Source: a virus
Taxonomy: Duplodnaviria; Caudoviricetes
Length of the DNA stretch: 64,000 nt
Strand: one strand, 5' to 3'
IMG/VR virus record: IMGVR_UViG_2799112320_000004
Span: 1-64,000 of that record
Below, one piece after another: positions 55,769 through 64,000 of the stretch (position 1 is the first letter of the stretch; every line of letters begins with the position of its first letter). The notes beneath the pieces were generated by a model. That model was given only the letters and a program-made list of their open reading frames with translations, did no database searches and was not told the origin of the DNA. A program made the translations under genes and the position numbers.

Positions 55769-58107
55769 GTCGTTCCTTGCTGGTTGGCGTTTCCTTGGCT
55801 TCCGCCCGACTCGCTCAGCGGGCCCCTCTCCTGTCCCGGCTGTATCGCCGTATACACGACCATGACCCCGCCCCTCATGCCGCTCACGAGTCCCATTTCG
55901 GGGTAGTCCTTCGCTCCGGCCTGCGCCATCTGCTTCGCGAGCCATGCCGCCCCACCTCCCCAGTAGAGATTGTACGTTGCCGTGTAGTCGCGGAAGTACG
56001 TCTTTCCGTCGCGTTTCTGGTAGTATTTCCTCACGGTCCTTGTCTTGTCATGGTCCGTGCCGCCCTCCGACTCACTTCCGCTTCCCGACTCCGGCACGTC
56101 GCTCACGAGCCTGCGCAGGTGGAGCACGCCGTCCAGCAGACCGAATTCGTTTATTGAAATCGACGGGCTGCACGTCTCCCACCCCGTGAAGTCCGGCACT
56201 TCCTCCTGGTTGCGGAAGACTACTATCCTGTTCTGGTATGTGATCGTTCGCGACGCGGACCTCTGCCTGTCCGTCCATTCCTTCGCCTCGAGCGCCGGCT
56301 TCGCGACGCGCTTCACGACCGTCATGTTCCGCGCGCCCATGCCGTTTGGCTGGGCGGACGCGTCGTAAACCGTACCCCTCTGCGGCGTGTACTCCGCCCT
56401 TTCCTGCGTGTTGAGCTTCTGCGTTCGCTCCTCGTCGACGAGCATATTGCCGCTCTTCGCCGTTTCCTCCATCTCCTCGTGCTTCACTCGGCGCACCGTG
56501 CCGTCCACGAGGCCGAACTCGTTGCGCTGGAGCGACACGTCGACTTCCTCGTTGACTCCCGGCGCTTCGGGCGCGATCTCGGCCTGGTTTCTGAGCGACT
56601 TGACTTCGACACTCCTTCCCTGCGCCCCTCCCTGCGCCTCGGCCTCTGCCGGCTTGGCCGTGCGCGTTTCGTCCGTGACCTCCCACGCGCCGCGATCGGT
56701 CATTCGCACGCGGCGCGTGGCGATCTGGCCTGTCCTCTGCGGCACCTCGGCCTGCTGGGGCTGCGTGCCCATGCCCTCTGTGCGGCTGTGCGCGTGGACG
56801 AGCGCGTTGTTCTCGCAGGCCTCGCCCGTGCGTCCGACGGGCTCCACGCTCGCCTGGACGATGGTCTGGTCGACGAGTCCGCCCTCGGTGATCTCGTTCC
56901 TGACGCTCTCGCCGATTTTGAGCCCTGCGGCGCTCGCCGCGCTGCGCTGACCCCTGTTGACGGTCGTCAGCTGCACGCCGTCGATTAATTTCCTCGTCTC
57001 GACGACTGCGCCCGGCACGCTCTGCTCCTCGCGCGTGCGCGTCTCCACGTCGAACCCGCCCTCGTCGTTGCGCGCCACGCTCTTCTCGGTGACGACGCCT
57101 CCGCCTGCCTCCGTGACGTGCTCGAATCCCGGATCCGATTCCACCACTTCCGTTTCCGCGTGCTCGTGCAGGAACTTCGTCTTGCGGCACGACTTGCGGA
57201 ACCACCCCAAGATCCGCGCGAACGTGGTGATCGTCTGGTTCCAGAGCCCGCCTTCCGTGCGCTCGTTGCGCACCGAGTTGGCCGTGCCCAGCTCGGCCTT
57301 CTCCGGCTGGTTTCGGTTCATGGTTACCTTGCGCGTGCCGCGCATGAGCCGTGTCGTTTCCGACACGGCGCCTGACACCGGCTTCTCCTCGACCGTCTCG
57401 TTCACCACGTCGGTCGTGCAGTCCTCGTTCTTGCGGAGCTGGCGCCTCACCATGACGCCGCCGCCGACGCTCGCGGGCTTTCCCGTGCCCGCCACGCTTC
57501 CCTGCTTCACGCCCAGGTGCTGCTCCTCGGAGCGGTTCTCGAACACTGTCTTGGCCGTGCCATACTCCGCGATGTCCTGCTGGACCGTCTCGCGGCGCTC
57601 GATTACGCAGTTCCAGAGGCCGGTGTCGTCGTCGCGCGCCACGCCCTGCAGCCTGTACTGGACGCCGCTCGCGCTCTCCGGCAGGGCCGGGAGGCTGCCC
57701 ACCTTCCAGTGGAATTCGTGCGTCACCCTCCACTTGCAGCCGTCCTCCATCACGTATGGGCCGTCGCCGCCCTGCGCGCCCTCCTTGTAGATCGCGTGGT
57801 AGATGCGCGTGCGCTTGAGCTTCGTGGCCTCCTTCACGTCGCCGTCGCGCGTCTCGTACCAGACGGCCGTCGTCTTCCAGCCTGTCGCATCCATCGGCTT
57901 GTTGTGGACGGTGAAGGAATCGCGCCAGGCCTCGCCCTTCAGGAACTCGACGAGCGGCTCGAGGAGGGACGTGTCCAGGTTCGCCTCCTCGTAGTAGCGC
58001 ACCATGACGCTCTCGTGGAACGCATATCGCCATCCGCGCTTCTCCTGGAGCTGCCAGTAGTGGCTGCGGCACCACTCGGCGCATGTCTGTTCCATTTGAC
58101 TGTCCAT
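55765..58107 (-). CDS. 780-aa beta-repeat tail protein of unknown family
   Basis: True start ATG 58107 (AGGAG RBS); about 8 imperfect repeats of [R/I]N[E/D]xGxx[D/N]xT; occupies the tail-tube/nozzle position. Confidence 0.75.
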   Translation of the reverse strand: MDSQMEQTCAEWCRSHYWQLQEKRGWRYAFHESVMVRYYEEANLDTSLLEPLVEFLKGEAWRDSFTVHNKPMDATGWKTTAVWYETRDGDVKEATKLKRTRIYHAIYKEGAQGGDGPYVMEDGCKWRVTHEFHWKVGSLPALPESASGVQYRLQGVARDDDTGLWNCVIERRETVQQDIAEYGTAKTVFENRSEEQHLGVKQGSVAGTGKPASVGGGVMVRRQLRKNEDCTTDVVNETVEEKPVSGAVSETTRLMRGTRKVTMNRNQPEKAELGTANSVRNERTEGGLWNQTITTFARILGWFRKSCRKTKFLHEHAETEVVESDPGFEHVTEAGGGVVTEKSVARNDEGGFDVETRTREEQSVPGAVVETRKLIDGVQLTTVNRGQRSAASAAGLKIGESVRNEITEGGLVDQTIVQASVEPVGRTGEACENNALVHAHSRTEGMGTQPQQAEVPQRTGQIATRRVRMTDRGAWEVTDETRTAKPAEAEAQGGAQGRSVEVKSLRNQAEIAPEAPGVNEEVDVSLQRNEFGLVDGTVRRVKHEEMEETAKSGNMLVDEERTQKLNTQERAEYTPQRGTVYDASAQPNGMGARNMTVVKRVAKPALEAKEWTDRQRSASRTITYQNRIVVFRNQEEVPDFTGWETCSPSISINEFGLLDGVLHLRRLVSDVPESGSGSESEGGTDHDKTRTVRKYYQKRDGKTYFRDYTATYNLYWGGGAAWLAKQMAQAGAKDYPEMGLVSGMRGGVMVVYTAIQPGQERGPLSESGGSQGNANQQGTT

Positions 58108-58109
58108 CG

Positions 58110-58952
58110 CTATCTCCTGAATCTTCCCGCGCGCATGCGGCTGTCGCCCGTGCCCTCGGCGAAACGCGCCTGGAGCTCCGCGAACTCGTTCTCGGCCGCG
58201 GCCTTCGTCTGGTAGCGGCCCTGGTCCTCGGATTGCAGGCTCGCTGCCGCGAGCTCGGTGAGGTACGTCTCGAACTCGTCGCGCACGCGCACGCGCCGCC
58301 ACGCCGCGTTCGCGCCCGGCGCCTCGCCTCCCGGCGCGATGTTCGCGAGCGCGATGTAGCAGTCCCGGTCCGCGGACACGTAGCACCCGGCGCCGCGCGC
58401 ATACGCGCGGTCCGGCGCCCACTCGACGAAGCTCACGCGCGGCGCCTTTGGCGTGAAGCGCACGTAGACGCCCTCCGGCGCGGGCGCGGGCAGCAGCACC
58501 CCGTCCGCGAACCATCCGCATCCCTTCACCGGCGCTGCATCCGGGTGGTACTTCGGATCGGCCTCGAAGGCGAAATCATCCACCACCACGCCTCCCGGGT
58601 CGATCTCCGTGGCCTCCCAAGGCTGGTCGAACGCCACGAACGCGCTCACCTGCTCCATCTTCAGCTCTTCCCATCCCGTCGCCGTGCGCCGCCAGTACTT
58701 TCCGTCGCACCAGCACTCCTGGCCCGTGGCGTATCGCTCGGCCGCCGCTTCCAGATCCGCCTCGATCGGCCTGTACCTGCGGAACTCCACGCGCCGGAGC
58801 GCCGGGAACTTCTCGGCGTGGATCCGTCGCAGCCCTTCGTTCACCGCCGTTCCGGCCATGATGCGCCACCTGAGCGGCACCGTGCCTGTCACGAGCTCGT
58901 AACCGGCCATCGCGCACGCGGCCTCGAGGATGTTGCCCATTTGGATTTCCAT
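58110..58952 (-). CDS. Head-tail adaptor-like protein with a CBM-like C-terminal insertion
   Basis: Start ATG 58952; N-terminal ILEAACAMAG...VNEGLRRIHAEKFP adaptor-like helices; EWAPDRAYARGAGCY...CYIALANI.PG.E.PG....WRRV resembles CBM5/12 repeats. Confidence 0.55.
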   Translation of the reverse strand: MEIQMGNILEAACAMAGYELVTGTVPLRWRIMAGTAVNEGLRRIHAEKFPALRRVEFRRYRPIEADLEAAAERYATGQECWCDGKYWRRTATGWEELKMEQVSAFVAFDQPWEATEIDPGGVVVDDFAFEADPKYHPDAAPVKGCGWFADGVLLPAPAPEGVYVRFTPKAPRVSFVEWAPDRAYARGAGCYVSADRDCYIALANIAPGGEAPGANAAWRRVRVRDEFETYLTELAAASLQSEDQGRYQTKAAAENEFAELQARFAEGTGDSRMRAGRFRR

Positions 58953-59015
58953 CGCAATCGCCTTTCCTTTTCTTTTGTGCCGGGACACCAAGCGTACATC
59001 AGCAAGTCTTTCGCC

Positions 59016-59417
59016 CTATCGCTCCGGCTCCCATCCGTTATGCTGCCAGCGGAACCAGCCCTTGCCCGGTATGTAGCGGCGGCTCACCTTGCCCTGGCGG
59101 CAACGGTGTCCGTTCGCGCTGTCCGTGCCCTGCGGCCTGCCGTCGAGCGCCTGCCACGGGTACTTGCGCTCCAGGAATCGCCAGTAGTCCTCGCCCGCCT
59201 CCGTGAGTATCTCCTTGCCCATCGTTCGGACGGCGTGCAGGACCGCGTGGCGGCTCTTCGCGCCCACTCGGCCCTCACGCCGGCCTTCCATCCCGAGTTC
59301 CCGGCGCTGACGGATCAGCCTCTTCGAGGCGTCGATCTCCATCTTCTTCTCGCGCTGCATGCGCGCGTTCTCATCGACCCACTCCGGGCTCACCGTTTTC
59401 TTGGACTTGACTAGCAT
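59016..59417 (-). CDS. Hypothetical basic protein
   Basis: 133 aa, abuts the upstream stop codon. Confidence 0.6.
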   Translation of the reverse strand: MLVKSKKTVSPEWVDENARMQREKKMEIDASKRLIRQRRELGMEGRREGRVGAKSRHAVLHAVRTMGKEILTEAGEDYWRFLERKYPWQALDGRPQGTDSANGHRCRQGKVSRRYIPGKGWFRWQHNGWEPER

Positions 59418-60203
59418 CTACCTCTCCAGGATCAGCTGCACCTTGCCGCCGTCGAACGCCGTGCCCTCGCCGATTAGCAAGTCGCCCGGGAATATCGCCG
59501 TGTCCAGCGCGTTCGTCTTGTAGCCGTTTGTGAGCGTCGCGTTCCAGAGCGTGTTCGTGACCGCGAGGCTTGCGACGTGCCGCGTGCGCTCCGTGCGCAC
59601 TTCCACCGTGTCCACCACCTGGTACGTCACGTTCGACGAGAGCGCGTGCGTGACCGACTGCGACGTGTAGAGCAGGTCTTTCGTCGGCCATCCCGCCACG
59701 AACGGCTTCGCGCCCCACGCCTGCCCCACCATGTTGCTCACGATCCCCGTCCTGACGAGCGGCACCGCGTTCGTGAGCGCCGTCACGTTCGTGACCGTGT
59801 GCGTGAGGTTCGAGAGGCCCGTCGTGGCGCTCCACACCGTGCCCGTGACGACCGTCGCCACGTTCGTGACATACGTCACGCCCATCACGCTGCCCGTCGC
59901 CACGGCGTAGGCGTTCGTGGTCCATGCCCTCCACAGCGTCTCGGTGGCCGTGTACTGGACGTTGCTCGTCGCCGGCCTGTACGTGTAGTTCGTCACGACC
60001 GCCTCCTCGAACCACTCCACGTCGAGCGGCGTCACGCGCTTCACCGTGACCGTGCCCGTCGCGTTCGTGGAGACCGCCTGCGCGGCGACGGCGCGCGCCG
60101 CCTCGAGCGGCGCCGTCTCGCCCTTCCCCACCTCGACGCCCACGATCGCCGCGTGCGCGGCGCACGCCGCGGCCAGCATTGCCATCGTTGTAAGTTTCTT
60201 CAT
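59418..60203 (-). CDS. Secreted Thr/Asn-rich protein (paralog of 20147..20797)
   Basis: MKKLTTMAMLAAACAAHA signal peptide; STNATGTVTVKRVT and PGDLLIGEGTAFDGGKVQLILER termini match the element 1 paralog. Confidence 0.8.
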   Translation of the reverse strand: MKKLTTMAMLAAACAAHAAIVGVEVGKGETAPLEAARAVAAQAVSTNATGTVTVKRVTPLDVEWFEEAVVTNYTYRPATSNVQYTATETLWRAWTTNAYAVATGSVMGVTYVTNVATVVTGTVWSATTGLSNLTHTVTNVTALTNAVPLVRTGIVSNMVGQAWGAKPFVAGWPTKDLLYTSQSVTHALSSNVTYQVVDTVEVRTERTRHVASLAVTNTLWNATLTNGYKTNALDTAIFPGDLLIGEGTAFDGGKVQLILER

Positions 60204-60216
60204 TTTGCCTTCCTCC

Positions 60217-60720
60217 CTACTTCACCGTGCAGTCTTCGCACGTCCCGTCCGTGCATTTTCCCGTCGCGCACTTGGCCGATGCCGCCGTCCCCTTCTCTGC
60301 CGCCTTCGCCGCGATCTTTGCCGTCTCCGCGTTCGACGCCGCGTTCACGAGCGCGGCCGTGTCCGCCGCGTTCGCTGCGCCCTTGTCGAGCGGAACGCTC
60401 GCCACGGCCGGATTGAACACCGTCCCCGCCAGCCTTCCGAGCACCGACACGCCGTACCAGAACTCCGCTGCGTTTTTCGCCAGCTGCTCCGACGTGTCGC
60501 TCTTGTAGCCGTTGAACTCGACCTCCACGCCTTCTGCCGACTTCTTCGCGCGGAACGAATCCACGTCACGCTTCAGCCAGTGCGACGTAGACGTGACCGA
60601 CCATCCTCCGTCGGCATTCACCTCGACCTTCGTCGAACTGCATCCCGCGCACATGAACACGCACCCTCCCAGGCTCGCCAACATGCCGCCCAATGCAGCA
60701 ATCTTGATCATCTTCTTCAT
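60217..60720 (-). CDS. Lipoprotein with Cys-rich tail (paralog of 20842..21345)
   Basis: Start ATG 60720 (GGAG RBS); LGGC/CAGC lipobox-like motifs; GWSVT; tail CATGKCTDGTCEDC; same 167-aa length as the paralog. Confidence 0.75.
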   Translation of the reverse strand: MKKMIKIAALGGMLASLGGCVFMCAGCSSTKVEVNADGGWSVTSTSHWLKRDVDSFRAKKSAEGVEVEFNGYKSDTSEQLAKNAAEFWYGVSVLGRLAGTVFNPAVASVPLDKGAANAADTAALVNAASNAETAKIAAKAAEKGTAASAKCATGKCTDGTCEDCTVK

Positions 60721-60794
60721 TTCTTCTTCTCCTTGTTTCCTTTTTTCGATAATAACCACGCGGGCGGCTTCCACCAAATTCACAACATGGCCTT

Positions 60795-61244
60795 TCAAAG
60801 ACTCCGCCCGCTTTCCGGGCACCCGCCCGAAATCTCCTTTCCCTCCGGCGCCTTGTCGACGAAGTGCCGGCCGCCGAACGCGCGCAGCGCGTAGTACTCC
60901 ACTCCCGCCGCGAACGCCCCTATGCCGAAATGGCGCAGCAGCGCGCGGTAGATCCTGTCCGCCTCCTTGCGCGTGATCCCCAGGCGCCAGGCGTTGCGGT
61001 AGAGCCAGTCGTGCGCGAGCGCAGCGTAGACTCGCGGTGCCTGCAATGGATGCCCGCAGACACGCCACAGCACTCTGGGGATGGAGGCACCGTCCGTGGT
61101 CGTGCCTGCGGGTATCACGATGTCGAAGAATTCCTCCACGCGGTAGAGCGACCACGGCTCCATGAGAACCGCTTCCTTCTCTCCGAGCGTGCTTATCGGC
61201 AGCCGGATGATCGGCGCCGCGCAGTCTGCCCATTCCGTCCTCAC
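60795..61244 (-). CDS. DUF1353 family protein (paralog of 19704..20150)
   Basis: TDGASIPRVLWRVCGHPL, AALAHDWLY, RKEADRIYRALL.HFGI. Confidence 0.85.
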   Translation of the reverse strand: MRTEWADCAAPIIRLPISTLGEKEAVLMEPWSLYRVEEFFDIVIPAGTTTDGASIPRVLWRVCGHPLQAPRVYAALAHDWLYRNAWRLGITRKEADRIYRALLRHFGIGAFAAGVEYYALRAFGGRHFVDKAPEGKEISGGCPESGRSL

Positions 61245-61489
61245 GACGCGCCTCCCGAATGCCAGAAGCTGAGCAGCTTCATCGCCGTATCGTTCCCGAA
61301 GAGCAGAGCCACCAGCAGCAGAAGGCCGATCCCCGCGACGATGAGCCCCTGCCGTTTTACGCGCATGCCTGTTTTACACTGACAGTCAACGACAGCGATC
61401 ATCGCGCTCACCATCGCGTCATTCAGGGCCTCCGTGGTCTTTGCCGACTTGAGCTGCGCCTTGACCATATCACGCGTTACTTCGTCCAT
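61241..61489 (-). CDS. 82-aa single-TM protein, holin/antiholin candidate (paralog of 19459..19707)
   Basis: MDEVTRDMVKAQLKSAKT...RQGLIVAGIGLLLLVALLFG; 71/82 residues identical to the element 1 copy. Confidence 0.8.
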   Translation of the reverse strand: MDEVTRDMVKAQLKSAKTTEALNDAMVSAMIAVVDCQCKTGMRVKRQGLIVAGIGLLLLVALLFGNDTAMKLLSFWHSGGAS

Positions 61490-62010
61490 CACTGACCTCC
61501 CGGCCCGACGATGACCGTCACCTCGTTCGTCTCGCCCGCGATTCTCTGCGCCGCGCGAAGAGCGGCGAGATCTGGCGGAAGATTCGCACTCTCCCACGCC
61601 GCGCGCGCCTCGTCGGCCCTGCGTTTCGCCTCGGCCGCGGCCTTCGCTGCCGCCTCCGGATCCTGCCTGATCCGCTTGCGGTAGCGCACCATGCGATTCG
61701 TCGCCACGAATCCGTCCTGGTAGAGCTGCACGACGATCATCTGAGCCGCGCCGTTCGCGTTCGTGACGCCGGTCGGCAACAGGTACTCGCCGATCCGCTC
61801 GCCGTGCCACTTCTGGCGGCCGGCGTCCGTTCCCTGGTCGCGCCAGTACATGCGGTTCATCAGGCCGAGCGCGGCCTGTAAATCCGCCTGCGTCCACGTG
61901 TTCGTCGACCCATCGGCGCGGATGGTCGCGGCGACGATCGGCTCGTCTGCCTGCGTGACGGCGCAAATTGCGGCGACTGCGGCGACGGTGAGGAACAGTA
62001 TCTTTTTCAT
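61489..62010 (-). CDS. Signal-peptide protein (paralog of 18733..19224)
   Basis: MKKILFLTVAAVAAICAVTQA; DGSTNTWTQADLQAALGLMNRMYWRD...GRQKWHG. Confidence 0.75.
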   Translation of the reverse strand: MKKILFLTVAAVAAICAVTQADEPIVAATIRADGSTNTWTQADLQAALGLMNRMYWRDQGTDAGRQKWHGERIGEYLLPTGVTNANGAAQMIVVQLYQDGFVATNRMVRYRKRIRQDPEAAAKAAAEAKRRADEARAAWESANLPPDLAALRAAQRIAGETNEVTVIVGPGGQ

Positions 62011-62561
62011 TGCGTCTCCTTCTTGATGACCTTGGTGTTCGGGAACGCGCTCTTGCCCGTGCCCGGTATCGTAAAGCCTTTCATTTGCCAAACGCCGTTT
62101 GTGTGGACGGTCGGCGCGGGCGTGAAGTTCGCAGCGACCATCACGTCGTAGTTCGTGGCGTTGACGAGCGCGTAGTCGTATGGATGATCCGCGAAAGTGA
62201 GATGTGGCGTGAGGCGCACCCAGTCGGTCGCGTTCGTCAAATCGACCTGCCGCGCGTAGACGAGGATCTCCGTGTCGTCCGGAAGAAGCTGCGTCCGCTT
62301 GGCAAGCGCGACATGCGCCACGTCGTTCGTGAGGTATGAGCCGGCGTTCATGATATACGGGTCGGACACCGTCACCGTCCCCTTTCGGCCGAACATGGTA
62401 CAGGCAACAGCAAGCGCGAGCATGGCGAGGGTCGCACGGCGCATGCGACGCTTCGCGCGCATGGCGGCCTTGCCCATGTTCGCGGCCGTCACGATCAACG
62501 CGATCACCATGAGCACGGCGACGCCGGCATACATCACGGCGTTCTGGATTGCCTGCATCAT
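62007..62561 (-). CDS. Two-TM membrane-anchored protein (paralog of 18093..18740)
   Basis: Start ATG 62561; two hydrophobic helices separated by a basic loop; AGSYLTNDVAHVA and TPAPTVHTNGVWQ. Confidence 0.75.
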   Translation of the reverse strand: MMQAIQNAVMYAGVAVLMVIALIVTAANMGKAAMRAKRRMRRATLAMLALAVACTMFGRKGTVTVSDPYIMNAGSYLTNDVAHVALAKRTQLLPDDTEILVYARQVDLTNATDWVRLTPHLTFADHPYDYALVNATNYDVMVAANFTPAPTVHTNGVWQMKGFTIPGTGKSAFPNTKVIKKETQ

Positions 62562-64000
62562 TGCTTTGTCCAAATCAGGTTGTTGCCGGAGACGGTCGGC
62601 ACGAACTTCACGCCGTTCACCCAGATGCCGGCCGAGATGTCTGTGGTGGCGCTGTTGCGGATCACGACGCCGCCTTCCTGAAGGAACGAAAAGCGCAGGA
62701 ACAGCGACGGCGGGCGCGTGCCGTTGAAGTCGAGCGTCAGCACCCAGGCGCCCGTGCCGCCCGTCCAGTTGAAGTCCCATGTCTGCGGTGCGCTGGTCTC
62801 ATCGCCCCAGCCTACATCGTCAAGCGCATAACGCCAGAAGCACGATGGATGGTCCTGGGACACGACCGGCACGGGAACCGTGACTGATGTCTCGCCCACG
62901 GTGATGCCCGCGGCGTTCGCGCCGACGACCTGGGCGTCGGTTTTCTCGATCGAAAAGACCGGCGTTCCGTCATCGGCCGAAATCCGAAAATATGCGTTTG
63001 TGTCAGGGTTGAAGTCGGCGGCCATGCCGTTCGAGGATAGCACCCACACCTCGCCGTAGGTGTCCACCACCTTGGCGTACTCAAGCCCGCCGGCGATGAC
63101 GGTCGTGGGCGTGGAGATCCACGTGGTGTTAGACGGCGCATCTGCGCCGAGGCCGGAGGTGGTTCTGGACCAGGCGCGCGGTGCGGCGTTCGTGAGCGCG
63201 GCGTCCGTGTACTCGTTCGCCCGTGCCAGCGTCCGCGTCAGTCCGTTCATCTCCGACCACACCGTGACGTACTCATTCGACTCGTTGAGCTGCATGAGCC
63301 GGAGCTCCGGCGCGTGGACCTGCGAGTTATAGTTCGTCACTTCCGCCACGACGTTCGATCCGGAATAAAGCCGATAGACGAGCGTCGATTCGGTTCTGAG
63401 GTCCGCTATGTCGCTTTGGATTGATGCCGTGTCTGGGAGGTCATTCGTCAAGGCGACGCGGCCGATAAGATTCGTCACAAGAATGTCGTACCGTGTCCAG
63501 TTTGCAACAAGCTCATCCCCCATTGAAAAGTGAAGTGTTGTCGCGTTCGGTTCGCCGCCAAGATCCGTAGGCGTTCCACCAGGCTCCAGAAACCATCCGT
63601 CCGTGGGGTACATTTCTCCGTCTGCCCCATGCCAATAAGGGCCGACCCAAGAGCTGATATTTTCTGGTGTGAATCCTGTGTAGCTTGACAAACTCCATCC
63701 GGCGTTACGCGCAACTTCCCACACGCACCCCGTCGCGTCCGTGAAGCGAGACGGCGTGCCGTACACGGTCGCACGCGCAACCGCCCCCGTTGATGCGAAC
63801 GCGCCGAGCGCGCGGTCGGTGTAGTTGGTTGCCGATCGTGCGATCTGCCACACATCCGAGGCCGTCACATCGCCATGTCCGCCGCCTGTCTGGTCCACGA
63901 GCCGCGTGGCTGCGAACACCGTGCCCATCTCACCCCACTGGTTGAAACGCTCGTCCACCTCGCCCATCACGACATTCTTCGCCGTCGCCATGTCGTTCGT
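62558..64000 (-). CDS. Fibre-like protein, 5'-partial (paralog of 16627..18096)
   Basis: Frame open to the window edge; C-terminal half aligns with the element 1 protein (VTNY.S.V, RAW, WIS.P...IA.GL.Y, VWVL.SNG, FRIS, NWTGG.GAW). Confidence 0.75.
   Translation of the reverse strand, partial: TNDMATAKNVVMGEVDERFNQWGEMGTVFAATRLVDQTGGGHGDVTASDVWQIARSATNYTDRALGAFASTGAVARATVYGTPSRFTDATGCVWEVARNAGWSLSSYTGFTPENISSWVGPYWHGADGEMYPTDGWFLEPGGTPTDLGGEPNATTLHFSMGDELVANWTRYDILVTNLIGRVALTNDLPDTASIQSDIADLRTESTLVYRLYSGSNVVAEVTNYNSQVHAPELRLMQLNESNEYVTVWSEMNGLTRTLARANEYTDAALTNAAPRAWSRTTSGLGADAPSNTTWISTPTTVIAGGLEYAKVVDTYGEVWVLSSNGMAADFNPDTNAYFRISADDGTPVFSIEKTDAQVVGANAAGITVGETSVTVPVPVVSQDHPSCFWRYALDDVGWGDETSAPQTWDFNWTGGTGAWVLTLDFNGTRPPSLFLRFSFLQEGGVVIRNSATTDISAGIWVNGVKFVPTVSGNNLIWTKQ

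Larger units (their letters stand above)
43354..64000 (-). mobile_element. Prophage 2, distal late region (fibre/envelope cassette, neck/tail, ejection proteins); continues beyond the window
   Basis: All genes on the minus strand with overlapping start/stop codons; seven genes paralogous to element 1 late genes; ends in a giant polyvalent protein. Confidence 0.8.

Noticed and set aside
58108-58521. N-terminal extension of the 918-aa ORF overlapping the adaptor gene
   Set aside because: A good AGGAG RBS and ATG at 58107 explain the gene; the extension overlaps another CDS, and no slippery site suggesting a fusion was seen.
1-64000. CRISPR array, Cas genes, reverse transcriptase/DGR, IS transposases, rRNA
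   Set aside because: No regularly spaced repeat-spacer array and no RT (YxDD), Cas or transposase motifs were recognised by eye; the duplicated blocks in the giant gene are coding paralogy, not a TR/VR pair.

Overview
The whole 64 kb window is prophage DNA; no host housekeeping gene was recognised. It holds two different, convergently transcribed phage regions that meet at one tRNA-Arg(CCG) gene (43277-43353, minus strand). Element 1 (1-43276, + strand, left end outside the window) is a BPP-1/T7-like podovirus prophage. Its early operon encodes an excisionase-like protein, an RHH protein, its own beta clamp, PcfK-like, HD, ASCH and PcfJ-like proteins and a primase-helicase. These are followed by terS/terL, portal, scaffold, capsid and cement genes, a block of secreted/membrane proteins, tail tubular A/B, ejection proteins ending in a 3847-aa polyvalent protein, and a tyrosine integrase next to the tRNA 3' end. 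Element 2 (about 43354 to beyond 64000, minus strand) is the distal late region of a second phage with a different neck/tail and a roughly 3200-aa polyvalent protein. Its last stop codon lies 2 bp from the -35 box of the tRNA promoter. The best candidate for an undescribed system is a 7-gene 'envelope cassette' shared by both otherwise unlike phages: a fibre-like protein with a conserved C-terminus, a 2-TM protein, two signal-peptide proteins, an 82-aa single-TM protein, DUF1353 and a Cys-tailed lipoprotein. Its exported members show a strong [T/S]-N dipeptide bias, and it sits where lysis or fibre genes are expected although no canonical endolysin is visible. Both giant proteins are built of swappable effector cassettes joined at an R[Y/F]S motif. 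All family assignments come from motif recognition by eye, not from database searches.
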